64,000 nt of DNA from the NCBI RefSeq assembly GCF_006345805.1, contig NC_043002.1:76632001-76696000 (forward strand), in the 5' to 3' direction. Origin of the DNA: Octopus sinensis. Its lineage: Eukaryota. A model generated the notes under the pieces. That model worked only from the letters and a program-made list of their open reading frames with translations, was not told the origin of the DNA and ran no database searches. Position 1 is the stretch's first letter, and every line of letters starts with the position of its first letter. Positions 1 to 13,290 of this stretch are shown here, in pieces. The position numbers and the translations under genes were made by a program.

Positions 1-759
1 AACAGCCCCTTGTATATATCTTGCTAAATTTGGAGTTATATGGAGACTTTACCGAAAGAAAAGTCTACGTTCGCGTTACTGGAACTTAAAAACCAATTGA
101 GTTTTCTATATACAGTGTTTATATCTATTACAGAATTTTGGTTAAAATTTGTAGGTATATTCTGTAGTATAGCATTGAAACAAAAACCATGTTAACATAT
201 TAGTAATTCATTTTGCGAGTCACATGTCAAAAATGCGTTATGTATGCAAATCGGTCTATCCAACTTAACTTCTAAGCTTAAGTTTTATAAGTAATGTTTC
301 CGTGGAAAGTTAAAAAGTATATTTGGTCGTTAATGAAATTCCAAAGCAGGATTGAAAATATTCCAGCGAATCACTCTTTCTGCTCGTGAAGATGTGGGAT
401 ATAAAAACAATGTGTTCATATCTGTCTATTACATTGTATTAGCTAAAATCTATATATTCTGTAACATAGTATAGTATTTTGTGCGTGCGTGCGCGCGCAC
501 ACACATTCGGAAAACGAACACGTGGAACAATATAGTAGAGTATATATTATTCTTTAGAAAACGGGATCGACATGGTTGGAATGCTGTCCAGCATATTTCA
601 TTAAGGACATCCTGAGGTTATGTGATATATATCACATGATCGACCAGACTATCAGATGTTATACATCGCTGGTCACAATGCACATAGCATCAGTTTAGCT
701 TTCTAATGCTGCTACACTGCTGGATAGGCGAGCAAGCCAACATTCCCTTTGAACGGAAG

Positions 760-908
760 GCTCATCGGTCGCAGGGTAACCCATTGACAGCTGAGTGGAC
801 TGGAGCAAAGGAAGTGAAGTGTTTTGCTCAAGAACACTGCGCAATGCTCGATCCAGGAATCGAATCTACGATCGAGCGATTGTGAGTACAACACGCCTTA
901 CCACTAGA
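760..908 (-). mobile_element. SINE family C copy
   Basis: CAGCTGAGTGGACTGGAGCAA...CAGGAATCGAA...ACCACTAG. Confidence 0.7.
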
Positions 909-3491
909 TCACACACCTTCACACACTCACTCACACACAAACAAATGTGTATGTGTGTGTGTGTGTGTGTGTATAAACGTTATTTAGCTCCACGTTAGCC
1001 TTAATGAAACAGAAACATGATCGAAGGCATTCCAGCTTCGACCGTCTTATCTTACCAGGAATACTGTGCCCTGGACTATATGGTCCAATATATTTTTATT
1101 TCAAGGCGACGTGTTTTGAGAGAAACTGGCTTCTATTTCTAGCCAACTGGGCAACCACACAGCGACTCCCTCGTTGGTTCATGTAAATAAATCTGCCTCA
1201 GTGGCTAAACTGATACGTTTGAATAGCTATATATACAACACACACACACACACACATTCCTCCCCTTTGTAACCACATTATTATTAGCATAATGCTTGAT
1301 TCTGCAGTGCAGTGGTGTGACAGTCGTTTGAAACAACGACTTTAGTGTATTCTTTATTGTATCGCACGTTTGAACTGAGGGCATGCCTTCTCTTTGGTTC
1401 AGAAAGAGAAAAATAGAGGTGGTGGTGGTGGAAGGCGGGTTGGAGGAGAAATCGAGTTTGGTTTGGTAGAATTTCTACGAAGGAAAGAAAATTGCAGTGT
1501 GGAGCAATTTAGTTAAAGCATTAGTCATGTGGAATCTAAGAAAGCAAATGAGATGAGTATGTAATGGTAAGATTGATAGATTGATGATGGGATGAGAGAT
1601 TTTTGATTTTAAACACAACTAAATCGAAAGCGGCGAGGCTCTGAGATGCAGACGCCATGATAGCAGCGATAGAAGAAAACAGAATAAGGGTTTTTATCAA
1701 TTAATCTAAGAAATGTTAGCAATGGATGGAGTGGTGATGGTGGTGGTGGTGTTGTGGTGATGGTGGTGGTGAGGATGGGATATGGCTATATGAACAAAAT
1801 TTACACATATGAACAGATTGGATTTTCGTTAAGGTTAGATGGCTACAAAGAGCTAAATAGTTTTTGGCTTTGAAGTAGAAAACTAGTTTTTCTTCATCAC
1901 TGATTTATCTGTGTTGAAGATATGCAATTTCCCAAGGAAGGTCACATGAATAACACGGCATCGGTGGAGGGTTCTTTGAGTAAGAGGAGGTTGTTATCTA
2001 CACACACAAAGAGATAGATAGATAGAGAGCGAGCGAGAGAAAAAAGAGAGAGAGGAAAAGACGATGAGGGTTCTGAGAAGTAACCAGGGTTATCTCAACC
2101 CTATTGTAGTTTGAAGACAAGGTTTTCGGTGATGGAAAAATGTAATGTAACCGTTGATAACCTAAGAAGGATTGTTGTTCGGTAATGATGGACAAGATCA
2201 GATGATAGTTACGTCATCCATAAAGACAAGAGAATAACTGGAATATAAATTTTAGAGTGGGTAATGTAAACGAATAACCATGTTTCTATTTAGTCGTTAT
2301 ATTTATACACACTCATACACACATACACATCCATAAATACACACTTCTCCTCTCACCCTCTCTGTTTGTGCGCGCGCTATTCACTGCATATATGTTCAAT
2401 CGATATAATTACATCGGTAAAACATCTAAAGAACATGAAATGTTAGCTAATAGCTGTTAAGACTATTAAACAATCATTTATTGTTCCAGTCACACAGTCT
2501 GTAATGACCATCCGTAACGCTCTCGTAGTCGTTACGAGGTGGAGAAGAGGTCAACAGAAACGGTCTGCACCAATGGCTAGAGCATAATTACACCAGCTCT
2601 GTTAAAGTTCATCGTATCAAGCTGTGATGGCTTCTAGTCGCAAGAAGCTACAGTGATATTCTTATGTAAAAGCTGCCAGAACGCTTAGACTTTCATAAAT
2701 TAAGGAAAGAAAGGAGTAACTATTTGGTGCGTGTGTGAGCGCCACTCCGTATGCATACATATGTGTAAGTACGTGTGTCTAGTAGACCGATAAGTTATCT
2801 CCCCCTCCCTTTCTCTCTCTCAATCTCTATTTCTCCTACACCTCCTCAAATTTTTTCTCCGTTTTATACATGTTCTATTAATCACCCAATATACATTATG
2901 AGCGCGTATATTAGTTTAATTTTACTGGGCTTAATCGTTCTAGCAAATCCGAAACTAATTGCTAAATTTTTCAACTTTTTACATAATTAGTCTAACAGTT
3001 CTCAACACAACTAATTAGGTCATTTTATATAAAAACAAAAATTATTGTCCATTGTTTGTTGTAATTTTATTTTTCTTTCTTTCATTTCGTTTTGTGCTTA
3101 CATTTTTTTATATATTTAAAATTTTTTTTCTTTTGTTACCGTATTTATATTTTAAATTTCTTTTTAAAATTTTATTCATAAAGTAGAAGCCATGCGAAAA
3201 TGTTACTGTTAAGACGGATGGACTGTTTGCCACTTTTCATTCTACTAAACATTGACTCGGTTGTGGTAGATGTGGTTGGGCATAAAATGTGAGAGAATGA
3301 ACGAATGCAAGCGATCATTGTTCTTCCATGTGAGGGTTCCCTCAACTATTGAGGGAGTCGCAGGGGCGCCGACGTGACATACGGTGTATCTTGGGCTTTT
3401 TCTACATGGCAGAGCTTATCCCTCGCCAATTTAAACACTCTTCAAGCTCTCTGTTTGACTGGGTGTTTGTGATACTAAAAGAATTCGTCTA

Positions 3492-3846
3492 TCTTTTATC
3501 GTTTTCTTGTTTCAATCATTAGACTGCGGCCATACTGGGGTATCACCTTGAATTTTAATCAAACGAATCGATACCAGTATTTATTGTATCGGTATATTTT
3601 GAACCGCTAAGTTACGTGAACGCAAACACATCAACAAGTTGTCAAGCGGCTGTGGGACACACACACACACACACACACGACCGACTTCTTTCAGTGACAG
3701 TCTACCAAATCCACTTACTTACATGGCTTTGGTCGGCCCGGGGCTATAGTAGAAGGTACTTGCCCAAGGTGTTACACAGTGGGACTGAACCCGAAACCAT
3801 GTGGTTGGGAAGCAAGCTTCTTACCGTACAACCACGTCAGCACCTA
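3492..3846 (-). mobile_element. SINE family A copy
   Basis: Reverse-complement homology to 4714-5108. Confidence 0.8.
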
Positions 3847-4353
3847 TATTTGGGTTTCAAATAATTCACTTCGTACAAGCGGATCTTTTCTCTGTCCTCA
3901 CCATCATTGGTTAACCAAGGAGAGATGGACTGCACCCATAATCCTATATTTATTTTAGAGCCACCGAGACTGATGCGAGAAAGGGAGGAAATTAACCTTC
4001 AAACAAGAGATCTGACCCGAATGCCTGAAACACAGTCGTCTCCGCTAAAGGCGCCCAAGAAAGAAGTGGCACTGTGAAAATCAGGCGACGATATACGTGC
4101 ATGCATGCATACATACATGCAGTGTCGTCTCAAGACATGAGCATACTGGGCAGTTGCTCAGAGATCTCACAGATCTACAGGCCCAATTCTAATCTGTTAT
4201 GGGTTGCTGCCAAATACTATAGGTCCTAGCGCATCGATTTGCAAACTCACACATACAGAAACGTGGGTATAAATGTTTGAATACGCGCGATATACCCACA
4301 AACGGGTGGGTGGGTGGGTATGTATGTATGTATGTATGTATGTATGTATGTAT

Positions 4354-4388
<35 letters not shown>

Positions 4389-4389
4389 G

Positions 4390-4550
4390 TATGTTATGAC
4401 AACGAGTGTGCCAGTTGATCCGATCAACGGAACAGCCTGTTCGTTAAATACCGTGCAAGTGGCTGAGCACTCAGACACGTGTACCCTTAACATAGTTCTC
4501 AGATAGATTCAACGTGACACAGTGTGACAAAGCTGGCCCTTTGAATTACG
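4390..4550 (+). mobile_element. Probable SINE 3' segment (family G)
   Basis: GTTGATCCGATCAACGGAACAGCC...GTGTGACAAAGCTGGCCC follows a (TATG)n(CA)n tract and looks like an octopod SINE body recalled from memory. Single copy here. Confidence 0.35.
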
Positions 4551-4713
4551 ACTCATTTTTGCCAGCTGAGTGGGCTGGAACACATGACATTACGATAATG
4601 AGACGCGGTTTGTTCATTTTATATGCACCAAGCAGAAATAATGACGTACTTAACGAGCTAGTCTGGAAATCGAACGCGCACCATCTGTTGTATTTTTTAA
4701 TCTAATTTCAACA

Positions 4714-5108
4714 GGCGCGGGAGTGGCTGTCTGGTAAGTAGCTTGCTTATCAACCACATGGTTCTGTGTTCAGTCCCACTGTGTGGCACCTTAGGTGACT
4801 GTCTTCTACTATAGCCTCGGGCCGACCAAAAGCTTTGTGAGTGGATTTGGTAGACTGAAAGAAAACCGTCGTATATATGTATATATGTATGTGTGTGTGT
4901 ATATGTTTGTGTGTCTGTTTGTTCCCCCAACATCGCTTGACAACCGATGCTGGTGTGTTTACGTCCCCGTAACTTAGCGGTTCGGCAAAAGAAACCGATA
5001 GAATAAGTACTAGGCTTACAAAAAAGAAGTCCTGGGGTCGATTTGCTCGACTAAAGGCGGTGCTCCAACATGGCCACAGTCAAATGACTGAAACAAGTAA
5101 AAGAGTAA
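4714..5108 (+). mobile_element. tRNA-derived composite SINE, family A (CORE-like head, internal microsatellite, second domain)
   Basis: A-box-like TGGCTGTCTGG and B-box-like GTTCAGTCCC, CORE-like CACCTT(A/G)GG block, central (TA/TG)n, 3' end GACTGAAACAAGTAAAAGAG. About 10 copies in the window. Confidence 0.85.
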
Positions 5109-6849
5109 TCTAAACACACAACCTGCTCGATGTGCTAGAATTAGAAACCAAATCTTACAAATCATATCTTATTGATTTTTTTTAAAAGGCAAGGAATGCG
5201 TAGTTTCACATATATCATGTGTAAATATATTTTAAAAGTGTTTCAATGGTTATGGCTGGAATGCCTTTGTTCATAGATCTATCAGTCTACTGGGGGTTAA
5301 ACAACAACAACAACGGTAATAGGGAGCCTCTGATGGCCATAGGTGGACGGCTTTTGATCACAGGTCTTTTGATTTGCTAGACGTAACAGCCAAATCTAAA
5401 TCTTCCTGAAATTACATCCTACCACCATAAGAATAGCGACGCATTGGAAAGCGTTATCTATTGTACTCTATGCCTGAAAATATATATGCTCGGATGGTCA
5501 TGGCCGGAATACCATTGATCATTAGTTTGCCCGAGCGAAACCAATTTAGTTTGCTCTTATTGGTTTTTATTAATTTTTTTGTTTGTTTTCAAACTTCCAT
5601 TTAGTTTTATCTTCGTCAAAGAAATGTCCTTTATAAAATCTTTTCTTTAAAACATTAACGTAATGAAAACAAAACCCCTATCTCCGTAGCTCAAACTAAG
5701 TCTCTAATGCTTATATCCCATCTTTCTAAGTGGGCGGAGTTTGATTAGAGAGAGACTAAAGAGCAAGGCTGGCTTTTGTGAGTGTATTGTTTTCGATATG
5801 TTTTATTTCAGTTGTTTTTGTGTTTTCTTTTATCCGTTTTTCTTTTCTCTTTCTTTTCTCTTTCTTTTCTTCTTTCAATTTGTAATTGAGTTAAGGTTAC
5901 TGAGGTTTGTCTCTTTCGATTTAAAGCTTTCGAATTTCTCCATTTAATCCCAAGAAGATCCAGGCTCCAAAGTTTTGTTGATATGTCTTGAAACATAATC
6001 TGGAATTTGGTAATGGTGCTGGAGGTTGTTGTTGTTGTTGCCGTGTGTGTGTGTGTTATTGCGTTCGTAAGCGAGGGAATTAAACGATGTGGGTATCGGC
6101 AAAAGGAAGAAGGAAGATGTTGACGAGAATGACGTGGTGCGGAGGAGAAGAGGGGAAGAGGTGGAGGCGAGAGAGTTAGACGGTACTTAGTCGGAAGGAC
6201 TCCCGTAAGCCGATCTGTGAGAGATGATGGTCGTTATATTGGTCTTTTAATAAGAACCCGATACGGCGCAGTCCCTCGAGATAGAATGTCGACTAACAGA
6301 CCGAGAGAGGGCAAGAGGAGAAATAGGGAATGATGGTGGGGGGATGAAAGCAAATAGGACATCAGAGAGAGAGAGAGAGGGAGAGAGAAGGGGGAGAGAA
6401 TGGTTGGTGGCGATGGTGACAGCGGTGGTTACTTTTCAATTTCGTTCTTTGACATGATAACGGCGTCAAATCAGACATGTCACACACCGATGAGAAACTA
6501 TCACAGTTCAGTTTAAGCTAAAACTGATTCATTTGAATCTAGATTTATGTGTTCCCGTGTTACTGGCAATTGTGAAAAGATCGAAGACGTTCTTAATTAA
6601 CGCTTAATTTGATTATGATGGCTGGTAGAATAGAGAGGAGGGAGGGAGACAGAGAGAGAGAAGGTTGGTTAGTAGGATAATCCGGATGGTGGGCAGCAGT
6701 AGAGAGTTCGGAAGAGTTCCAAAAGTGTGATATTTCCTGTGACATAATATTTTTGTTTATTCTGAGAAACCAGTTAAGTATATGCATCTATTTTTTTGCC
6801 TCTGCATCTCAATGTATGTATGTATGTCTGTACGCCTGTCTGCCTGTAC

Positions 6850-7490
6850 TTGCTTATGTATGGTTGTGTGTACTTGCTTGTGTGTGGTTGTGTGTACTTG
6901 CTTCTGCGTGATTGTGTGTACTTGCTTATGTGTGGTTGTGTGTACTTGCTTGTGTGTGGTTGTGTGTACTTGCTTGTGTGTGGTTGTGTGTACTTGCTTG
7001 TGTGTGGTTGTGTGTACTTGCTTGTGTGTGGTTGTGTGTACTTGCTTGTGTGTGGTTGTGTGTACTTGGTTGTGTGTACTTGATTGTGTGTGGTTGTATG
7101 TACTTGATTGTGTGTGGTTGTGTGTACTTGCTTGTGTGTGGTTGTGTGTACTTGCTTCTACGTGGTTGTGTGTACTTGCTTCTGCGTGGTTGTGTGTACT
7201 TGCTTGTGCGTGGTTGTGTGTACTTGCTTGTGCGTGGTTGTGTGTACTTGCTTGTGTGTGGTTGTGTGTACTTGCTTGTGTGTGGTTGTGTGTACTTGCT
7301 TCTGTGTGGTTGTGTGTACTTGCTTGTGTGTGGTTGTGTGTACTTGCTTGTGTGTGGTTGTGTGTACTTGCTTCTGTGTGGTTGTGTGTACTTGCTTCTG
7401 TGTGGTTGTGTGTACTTGCTTCTGTGTGGTTGTGTGTACTTGCTTCTGTGTGGTTGTGTGTACTTGCTTCTGTGTGGTTATGTGTACTTT
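6850..7490. repeat. 24-bp minisatellite (TGTGTGTACTTGCTTGTGTGTGGT), ~26 units
   Basis: Visible directly. The 8-aa periodicity in track ORFs 6782, 6912 and 7108 agrees. Confidence 0.95.
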
Positions 7491-8335
7491 ATCCTGTACG
7501 TAAGGTGTGTGAGTATCTGCTTGTCATCTGTCTATATGTGTAAGTCTGTGTGAAAGATTTGTAATGTGTCTGATAATCTTTAGTAATGCGTGCTTCCTCA
7601 TAACGTCCGACAATTTCTTCACCACATTCAACAAAATACTATACCTTAATCACACATACACACACGCGCGTGTGTATGTGTGTGTGTTTGTGTGTGCGTA
7701 TAGTGAATCTTGTGTATACAAATAGATGCTTATATGTATATATACACGATTAAACCTTTCCAGTGAATGTAAGCAAAATTTGGTGAGGGAGGAGACAACG
7801 AGACTTTTCGATTCCGCTATTAGCAACCCCTCCCCCCGTCCTGACACTTAAAACTGAAAACGAGTGTTTGATTGTCTACATGTTTGTACTGAGACTGGAC
7901 GTATTGTGTGGTGTAGCCCTTCATCTAGCATGATGCACACATGTTTTGCTAAACGACCTTACATATACACATTTACACGTAAACACTTATAAAAGCAAGT
8001 TGTTTGACAGACAACATATCGTGAAACGGGCGTACCGTCACCACTAATAAAATATATCGGATGATCATAACTCCTTTCAGCATTGATATAAACCGGTTAA
8101 CAACCAGAACTGAGCTTCTTAATGTACGTATCGCTTCTACCTCTCCAAATTTCTCCTACCTCCCACTGCATTCATTACCCTCACCTCCAAATCTCTTTCC
8201 CCCTCTTCATTGATTGCTACGGCTCGGAGATTCCAAGATAACTGGTTTATTGCCTTACCATTCATACTGTTAGCCGCTCGAACCATCCCGGACTCTTGAA
8301 CCCGATACGCCGAAACAACTGAATACGACATATTC

Positions 8336-8744
8336 TTTTATCCTTTTATTCTTTTACTTGTTTCAGTCATTTGACTGTGGCCATGCTGGAGCACCGCCTT
8401 TAGTCGAGCAAATCGACCCCAGGACTTATTCTTTGTAAGCCTAGTACTTATTCTATCGGTCTCTTTTGCCGAACCGCTAAGTTACGGGGACATAAACACA
8501 CAAGCATCGGTTGTCAAGCAATGTTGGGGGGACACACAAACACACACATACACACACATATATATATATATATGCATATATACGACGGGCTTCTTTCAGT
8601 TTCTATCTACCAAATCCACTCACAAGGCTTTTGTCGACCCGAGGCTATAGTAGAAGACACTTGTCCAAGGTGTCACGCAGTGGAACTGAATCCAGAACCA
8701 TGTGGTTCGTAAGCAAGCTACTTACACACAGCCACCCCTGCGCT
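8336..8744 (-). mobile_element. SINE family A copy
   Basis: Reverse-complement homology to 4714-5108. Confidence 0.85.
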
Positions 8745-8964
8745 TATAGTGAACCATCTTTTTTTTTAAGGACAATGAATATTCTCTCATCCATTGATAA
8801 TGGCCTTTTATCTAAAATATATAAAATCTTTTATATAACAAGATATTCACAACAAAATTGCAAAGATAGTTTTAAAAACATAACTTAGGTTTTGACCATT
8901 ATTGGCCCAGGCTATGTCTAACTTCATAGCATCACCTGAGCAGATTGTTCTTTTGGTTTTTTTT

Positions 8965-9195
8965 TAGACCCTTAACATGTAAAGCTGTCATATCCGCCCC
9001 CACCCAAATATTCTACCTGTTTTATGTTCAAACTGGTCATGTTCTGCCTCTCTCACCTACTCTACAATGTCATTGTCAAAATAAACAAGCACATCAACGA
9101 AATCTTAATGCTACAAGATAAGCCATGATTAATTCAAAACAATATGAATAAATTAACGTTATATTTGAGAAAGTAATCTGAATGCCAAAGAGTGA
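8965..9195 (-). mobile_element. piggyBac-like MITE family copy
   Basis: Same internal sequence (AATATTCTACCTGTTTTATGTTCAAA...CTACAATGTCATT) as 61341-61827 and the reverse complement of 55025-55251. The ends are degenerate CCCTT/AAGGG. Confidence 0.6.
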
Positions 9196-9739
9196 GGTCA
9201 TGGTTTTGGACACCACAACCAACACGACTAGGGAGTTGTGGTTAACCGAAATCAGCGCCCATTTTTCTTTCCATATTGCAACTTTGTCCAGCCATCTTAA
9301 AATGGCGTAGTTGTTTAGACCCGGTGACTGGTTGCTTAAATAGGTGATCAATGGTATTCCAACTGTGATCATCTTGCCTTTTCCTATATAAAGGATTACG
9401 TTATCCACTGTGCTCAGGAAGAGGCACTCTGGCTTATTGTTTAACCCCATGCCAATTCTGATCCCGCGGGCATATAACCAAACAAGTTCCGACCCCGTGA
9501 AAACCAGAGGGGTCTACATTGTCTAATATATCCTTTAAGACTAAAGGATATTATCTGAGGGAAATTGTCGGCTCGGTTCATTATTGTTCAGGTCCTGGTC
9601 GATTCGGACCAAGCAGACCTATTATCAACGTCGTTCCAGCCGTGATAATCTCATCTGATTTGTACATAATGAACTACATCGTCCACTATCACTTTCTATA
9701 TTTACAATTGCATTGTATAATGTAAGGGATATTTGACTG

Positions 9740-10130
9740 CTCTTTCTAGGAAGGCGAATGATTCCTTTGAGACTTACACGTAGGCTCAGTCTCTTTAGGT
9801 TGTTTTCTTTAGTAAATCTTTGTCCCCTTTCCACCGTCCCAACCCCGTCTACATCTCAATGTCTTCATGTGTGGTTATGTTTCCCTAGTTCTCCTGCTGG
9901 CGCCATTACTCTCCGAGCTAATACTTGCTCCCATCTCTACGCTTCAGGGTATATTGGAACGTGCGCTAAATCGAGGCAATGGTGCGCAAACTCTGTGCCA
10001 ACTCCCTTCCACCATTCATGCACATGTGTCTTTGAATAGGAGGGCAGGATATCTCGCATCTCCACGGCGTGTTTCTAAATTGCTCACTTGCGGATGAGCT
10101 AGCCCATAATCATCTCTTAATACGCAGTCA
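9740..10130 (-). mobile_element. Possible highly decayed RTE-like fragments
   Basis: Weak similarity only: ARYPALLFKDTC and ERGQRFTKENNLKR resemble RTE GRP..RFKD and G.QRKR.KD.LK motifs. Confidence 0.25.
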
Positions 10131-10352
10131 CCTTAATTTGAAAATGTATACATACGTGTGTGTGTGTGTGTGCTTGGGTGCGTGTGTATACATATATGAA
10201 ACTACACGCGTGTACATAAGTACGCGTATGTATGTGTGTATGGGCTTGGGTGCGCTAGTGTGTATAGGTTCGCCTGTATATGTATATGTATGTGTATAAG
10301 CTCATGTATGTGCGTATGTGTGGATACGTGTGTGTGTTTTATGTTTATAGAT

Positions 10353-10534
10353 CAGTGCCCCGCAACGGGTATGCTGCGGCACACTGGTGTGCCACGAGAG
10401 CATGCTAGGTGTGCCGCAGTGTAACCTGGATATAATTTTCCCCCTATACATTTAGTTATATTTTTAGTTCAGGTGTGCCTCCCAAGTTTGAAAGGAATAT
10501 AAGTGTACCGCAAATGAAAGTTTGCAGAGCACTG
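10353..10534. mobile_element. hAT-type MITE (182 bp)
   Basis: TIRs CAGTGCCCCGCAAC / GTTTGCAGAGCACTG. 8-bp TSD TTATAGAT (10345-10352) / GTATAGAT (10535-10542), 7/8 identical. Confidence 0.8.
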
Positions 10535-10545
10535 GTATAGATTGG

Positions 10546-10736
10546 TTTTAAATTTTGGCGCAAGGCCAGCAATTTTGGGGGAGGGTTAAATGGATTACAT
10601 CTACCTCAGCGTTCTTTCTCGACCCTGAAAGAGTGAAAAGGAATGTCGGAATTTGAACTCACAACGTAAAGACGGCCGAAATGCCGCTAAGCATTATGCT
10701 CGGTGTGCTAATGACACTGCCAGCTCGCCGCCTTAT
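10546..10736 (-). mobile_element. SINE family B copy
   Basis: Reverse complement of the family B head and tail 2. Confidence 0.7.
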
Positions 10737-10850
10737 GAGATGTATATGTTTTAGAAACACTTAATATAAGCACAAACAAAGGAAAAACATACACAAAAGG
10801 TCGCCAAATCCTCATTAGTTATCGTCCAAATGAACACACACACACATACA

Positions 10851-12126
10851 CAGGATGCGATGGGTAAATTGTCGGGTTTATATATCTTTAATTTCGCGCA
10901 TGTGCAGTTTGTTCTTGATTTTGTCGACTACACAGTATAGTAGGTTCAGTTGGGTACCGTCTGTGAGAAAAAACAGCACCATGACGCTGTTCACTCTGCT
11001 AGAAATTTGGAAATGACATGCTGTACTACTCGGCATTTGCATTGGAAGTTCCAATACGAAAATTTCAAAGTGTCTGGGTGTCAATCTGAGGACAGTGCAA
11101 AGGATTCGGAAAGAGTTGGATGAGTCTAATGGTGGTTACGAAGGTACGGCAGCTCGGAAAACTCACTCTGATCATCCCGATAAGAAAAGAACTCTTGAAC
11201 TTGTTGGTGAGATACAGGCCGTTATTGATAACGATCCCTCCAAGACAATCAAGTCCATCAGCGCGGACATGGGACTGTCTGAGTTTCTTATCAGGCTGGT
11301 AGCGCATGAAGACATTCGGTATTCCCCATACAAGATAAGAAAGGGCCAGTTTTTATTCCAAGCTATCAAGGACAAGAAGAAAGACAGCACTACTAAGCGT
11401 TCGAACAAACTCAAGCATCCCCTCCAACCGAACATGCTTTGGTTTTTCTCAGACGAGAAATACTGTTTTTCTGATTTACGTGAACACATAGAACAACCGC
11501 TGACTTGCAGTATCTCCAAAACATGTACCGAGAGTGATAAAAATCAAGCACCCAGTCAACATCATGGTGTTTGGGGTGATCACTAGTGATGGTGACGTTA
11601 TGCCTCCATTCATCTTCCCACACGGCTTCAGTCTCAACACGTGTCTGGAGAAGGTAGTGCTACCCCGAGCCAAAAGGGTGGCTGCTAGAAGACCCTATGT
11701 CTGGCAACAGGACTCGGCACCATGCCACACAAACAGGAAAACCCAGTCGTGGCTATCAGTCAATTTCTACGACCACATAACCCCTAACATCTGGCTACCC
11801 AACTCCCCAGACCGCAACCTCTTTGATTATGTGTGGGATGCAGTTGAGCGAGAGACCAACGAAACTCCCTGTAACACCAAAGATGAACTGAAGACAAGGA
11901 TTATGGCAGCATTCACCAACTTAAACAAGGAGACCGTCTAGAAGAGTTGCAAGAGATTCCGAACTCGTCGGAGGCGGTGGTTGAAGCCAATGGCGATTTT
12001 ATTGAATTAATTTGTTGTTTAGTATCTCAAGATATTTTAAGGTAATTTTAGTAAAATCTGTTAAAATGAGATGTCAGTGTTATTTTCCTTTTTGCGTGAT
12101 TTAGACAATTTATTCACCGCACCCTG
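10851..12126 (+). mobile_element. Tc1/mariner DD37D (maT) transposon, full length (1276 bp), decayed
   Basis: 23-bp imperfect TIRs: CAGGATGCGATGGGTAAATTGTC (10851-10873) vs the reverse complement of 12104-12126, 19/23 identical. TA follows at 12127. A transposase lies inside. Confidence 0.92.
10981..11941 (+). pseudogene. maT/DD37D transposase pseudogene
   Basis: ATG 10981, in-frame TGA at 11014, frameshift near 11470-11530 between track ORFs 11095..11586 and 11534..11941. Motifs WFFSDEK, QQDSAPCH and WLPNSPDRNLFDY are present, with 37 residues between the 2nd and 3rd catalytic Asp. Confidence 0.9.
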
Positions 12127-12149
12127 TATATAATGTGTATGTAGATATA

Positions 12150-13290
12150 TATCGTCGGTAACCCTGTGGGGCCAACTATGATTGTCCACCAGATTTAACT
12201 GCTTTAGAATTAACCACCATAGATCTGGTATTTGTCGCCTCACGTGAAAAAAAGGTGCTGCATTTGTTATTTTACTCCCTTCCACATTCATCACTGAGCT
12301 GTTCTGTTCGTGCGGTGTCGAAGTGGTCGCTTTTAACATAAACAATCTGTCCCTATTTGTATCGGTTATTCACCTACATAAGTAGCTGATTAATACTATT
12401 GATTGGGGAAGAATGTGTACATCTTCTCTGGGTCAACACACTGTGAACCGGTCCACCAGGAGACTCCTTTCCATTTCTTTTCTTCTTGTCACTTCTCTAG
12501 AAGGAATGAGTCTATATTCTTATTTAACCCACAGTGAGACTATCATTTTTAGATTTCTGTTTTTCTGATTTACGTTGCGTTGTGCAACGTGTTAAAAAAG
12601 CAAACAAAAAAAATTTGCTTGCACAGCCGACGGTCCGTCATTCGTGTGACATGGCCTATCCATCGAAAATGATGTTACGTAATCATGGCTGTTCAATGCA
12701 GTAATATTGGCTTGCTCAAGCACACTGACATTTCCTCTGTCTGTTCTGCCGCTGGATGTGCATGATTTTCTCCAGACATCTCCGATAGTATATTCCCAAT
12801 TTACTAAAAATGGCGTCTATAATTTGTTGATGTTTCAGAGCCTCATATAAGTATGAGTAAAGCAACTGCCTTACACCTCGTATGTCTGGTGATTTGTCTC
12901 AGATCATGGTCTGTATATACCTGATTTTCTCTGTTAACCGAAGGGTATACAGACACACATAATCTGGTGTTGGACCTCCTCCTTTATATCTACATCGTGT
13001 GCTAGGTGTCCAGTCAATCCAGGTATTGGAAATCCTCTACAATTTTCCCCCATCTGTTCATCCTACCCGAATAACTGAACCAATTTCCCGTCTTGAATAC
13101 TTGTTGATGCAACACAGTTGCTTTATAGTGAAAATTAGACCAATGTTTTCAGATGCAACAGTGAAAAAGTCAATAACTTTCTGTAGTTCTTTCAGAGAAG
13201 GTGTGTTGATTGTGGTAATACCTGCATGCTGAATCCTATGGTTGCAGTGAGTTTTGGCAAGCAACCTAGCTTGCTTAATACGTTTTATAC
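12150..13290 (-). mobile_element. RTE-clade LINE 3' fragment (decayed RT C-terminal region)
   Basis: Minus-strand pieces: SLKELQKVIDFFTVASENIGLIFTIKQ (post-YADD region), VEDFQYL, FRWIGHVTRMTDRRLCKQIF, and a C-terminal ECGR..FFHVRR remnant. Many stops and frameshifts. Confidence 0.8.

Noticed and set aside
4714-4790. A/B-box tRNA-like sequences (here and at other SINE heads)
   Set aside because: They do not form complete cloverleaves and continue into SINE bodies, so they are not tRNA genes.
6782-7553. Long Cys/Val-rich ORFs (131-253 aa)
   Set aside because: Entirely the translation of a 24-bp minisatellite.
7650-7700. (CA)n-CGCG-(TG)n fold-back junctions (also ~41265-41300)
   Set aside because: A common by-product of adjacent microsatellites of opposite polarity, with no specific signal.
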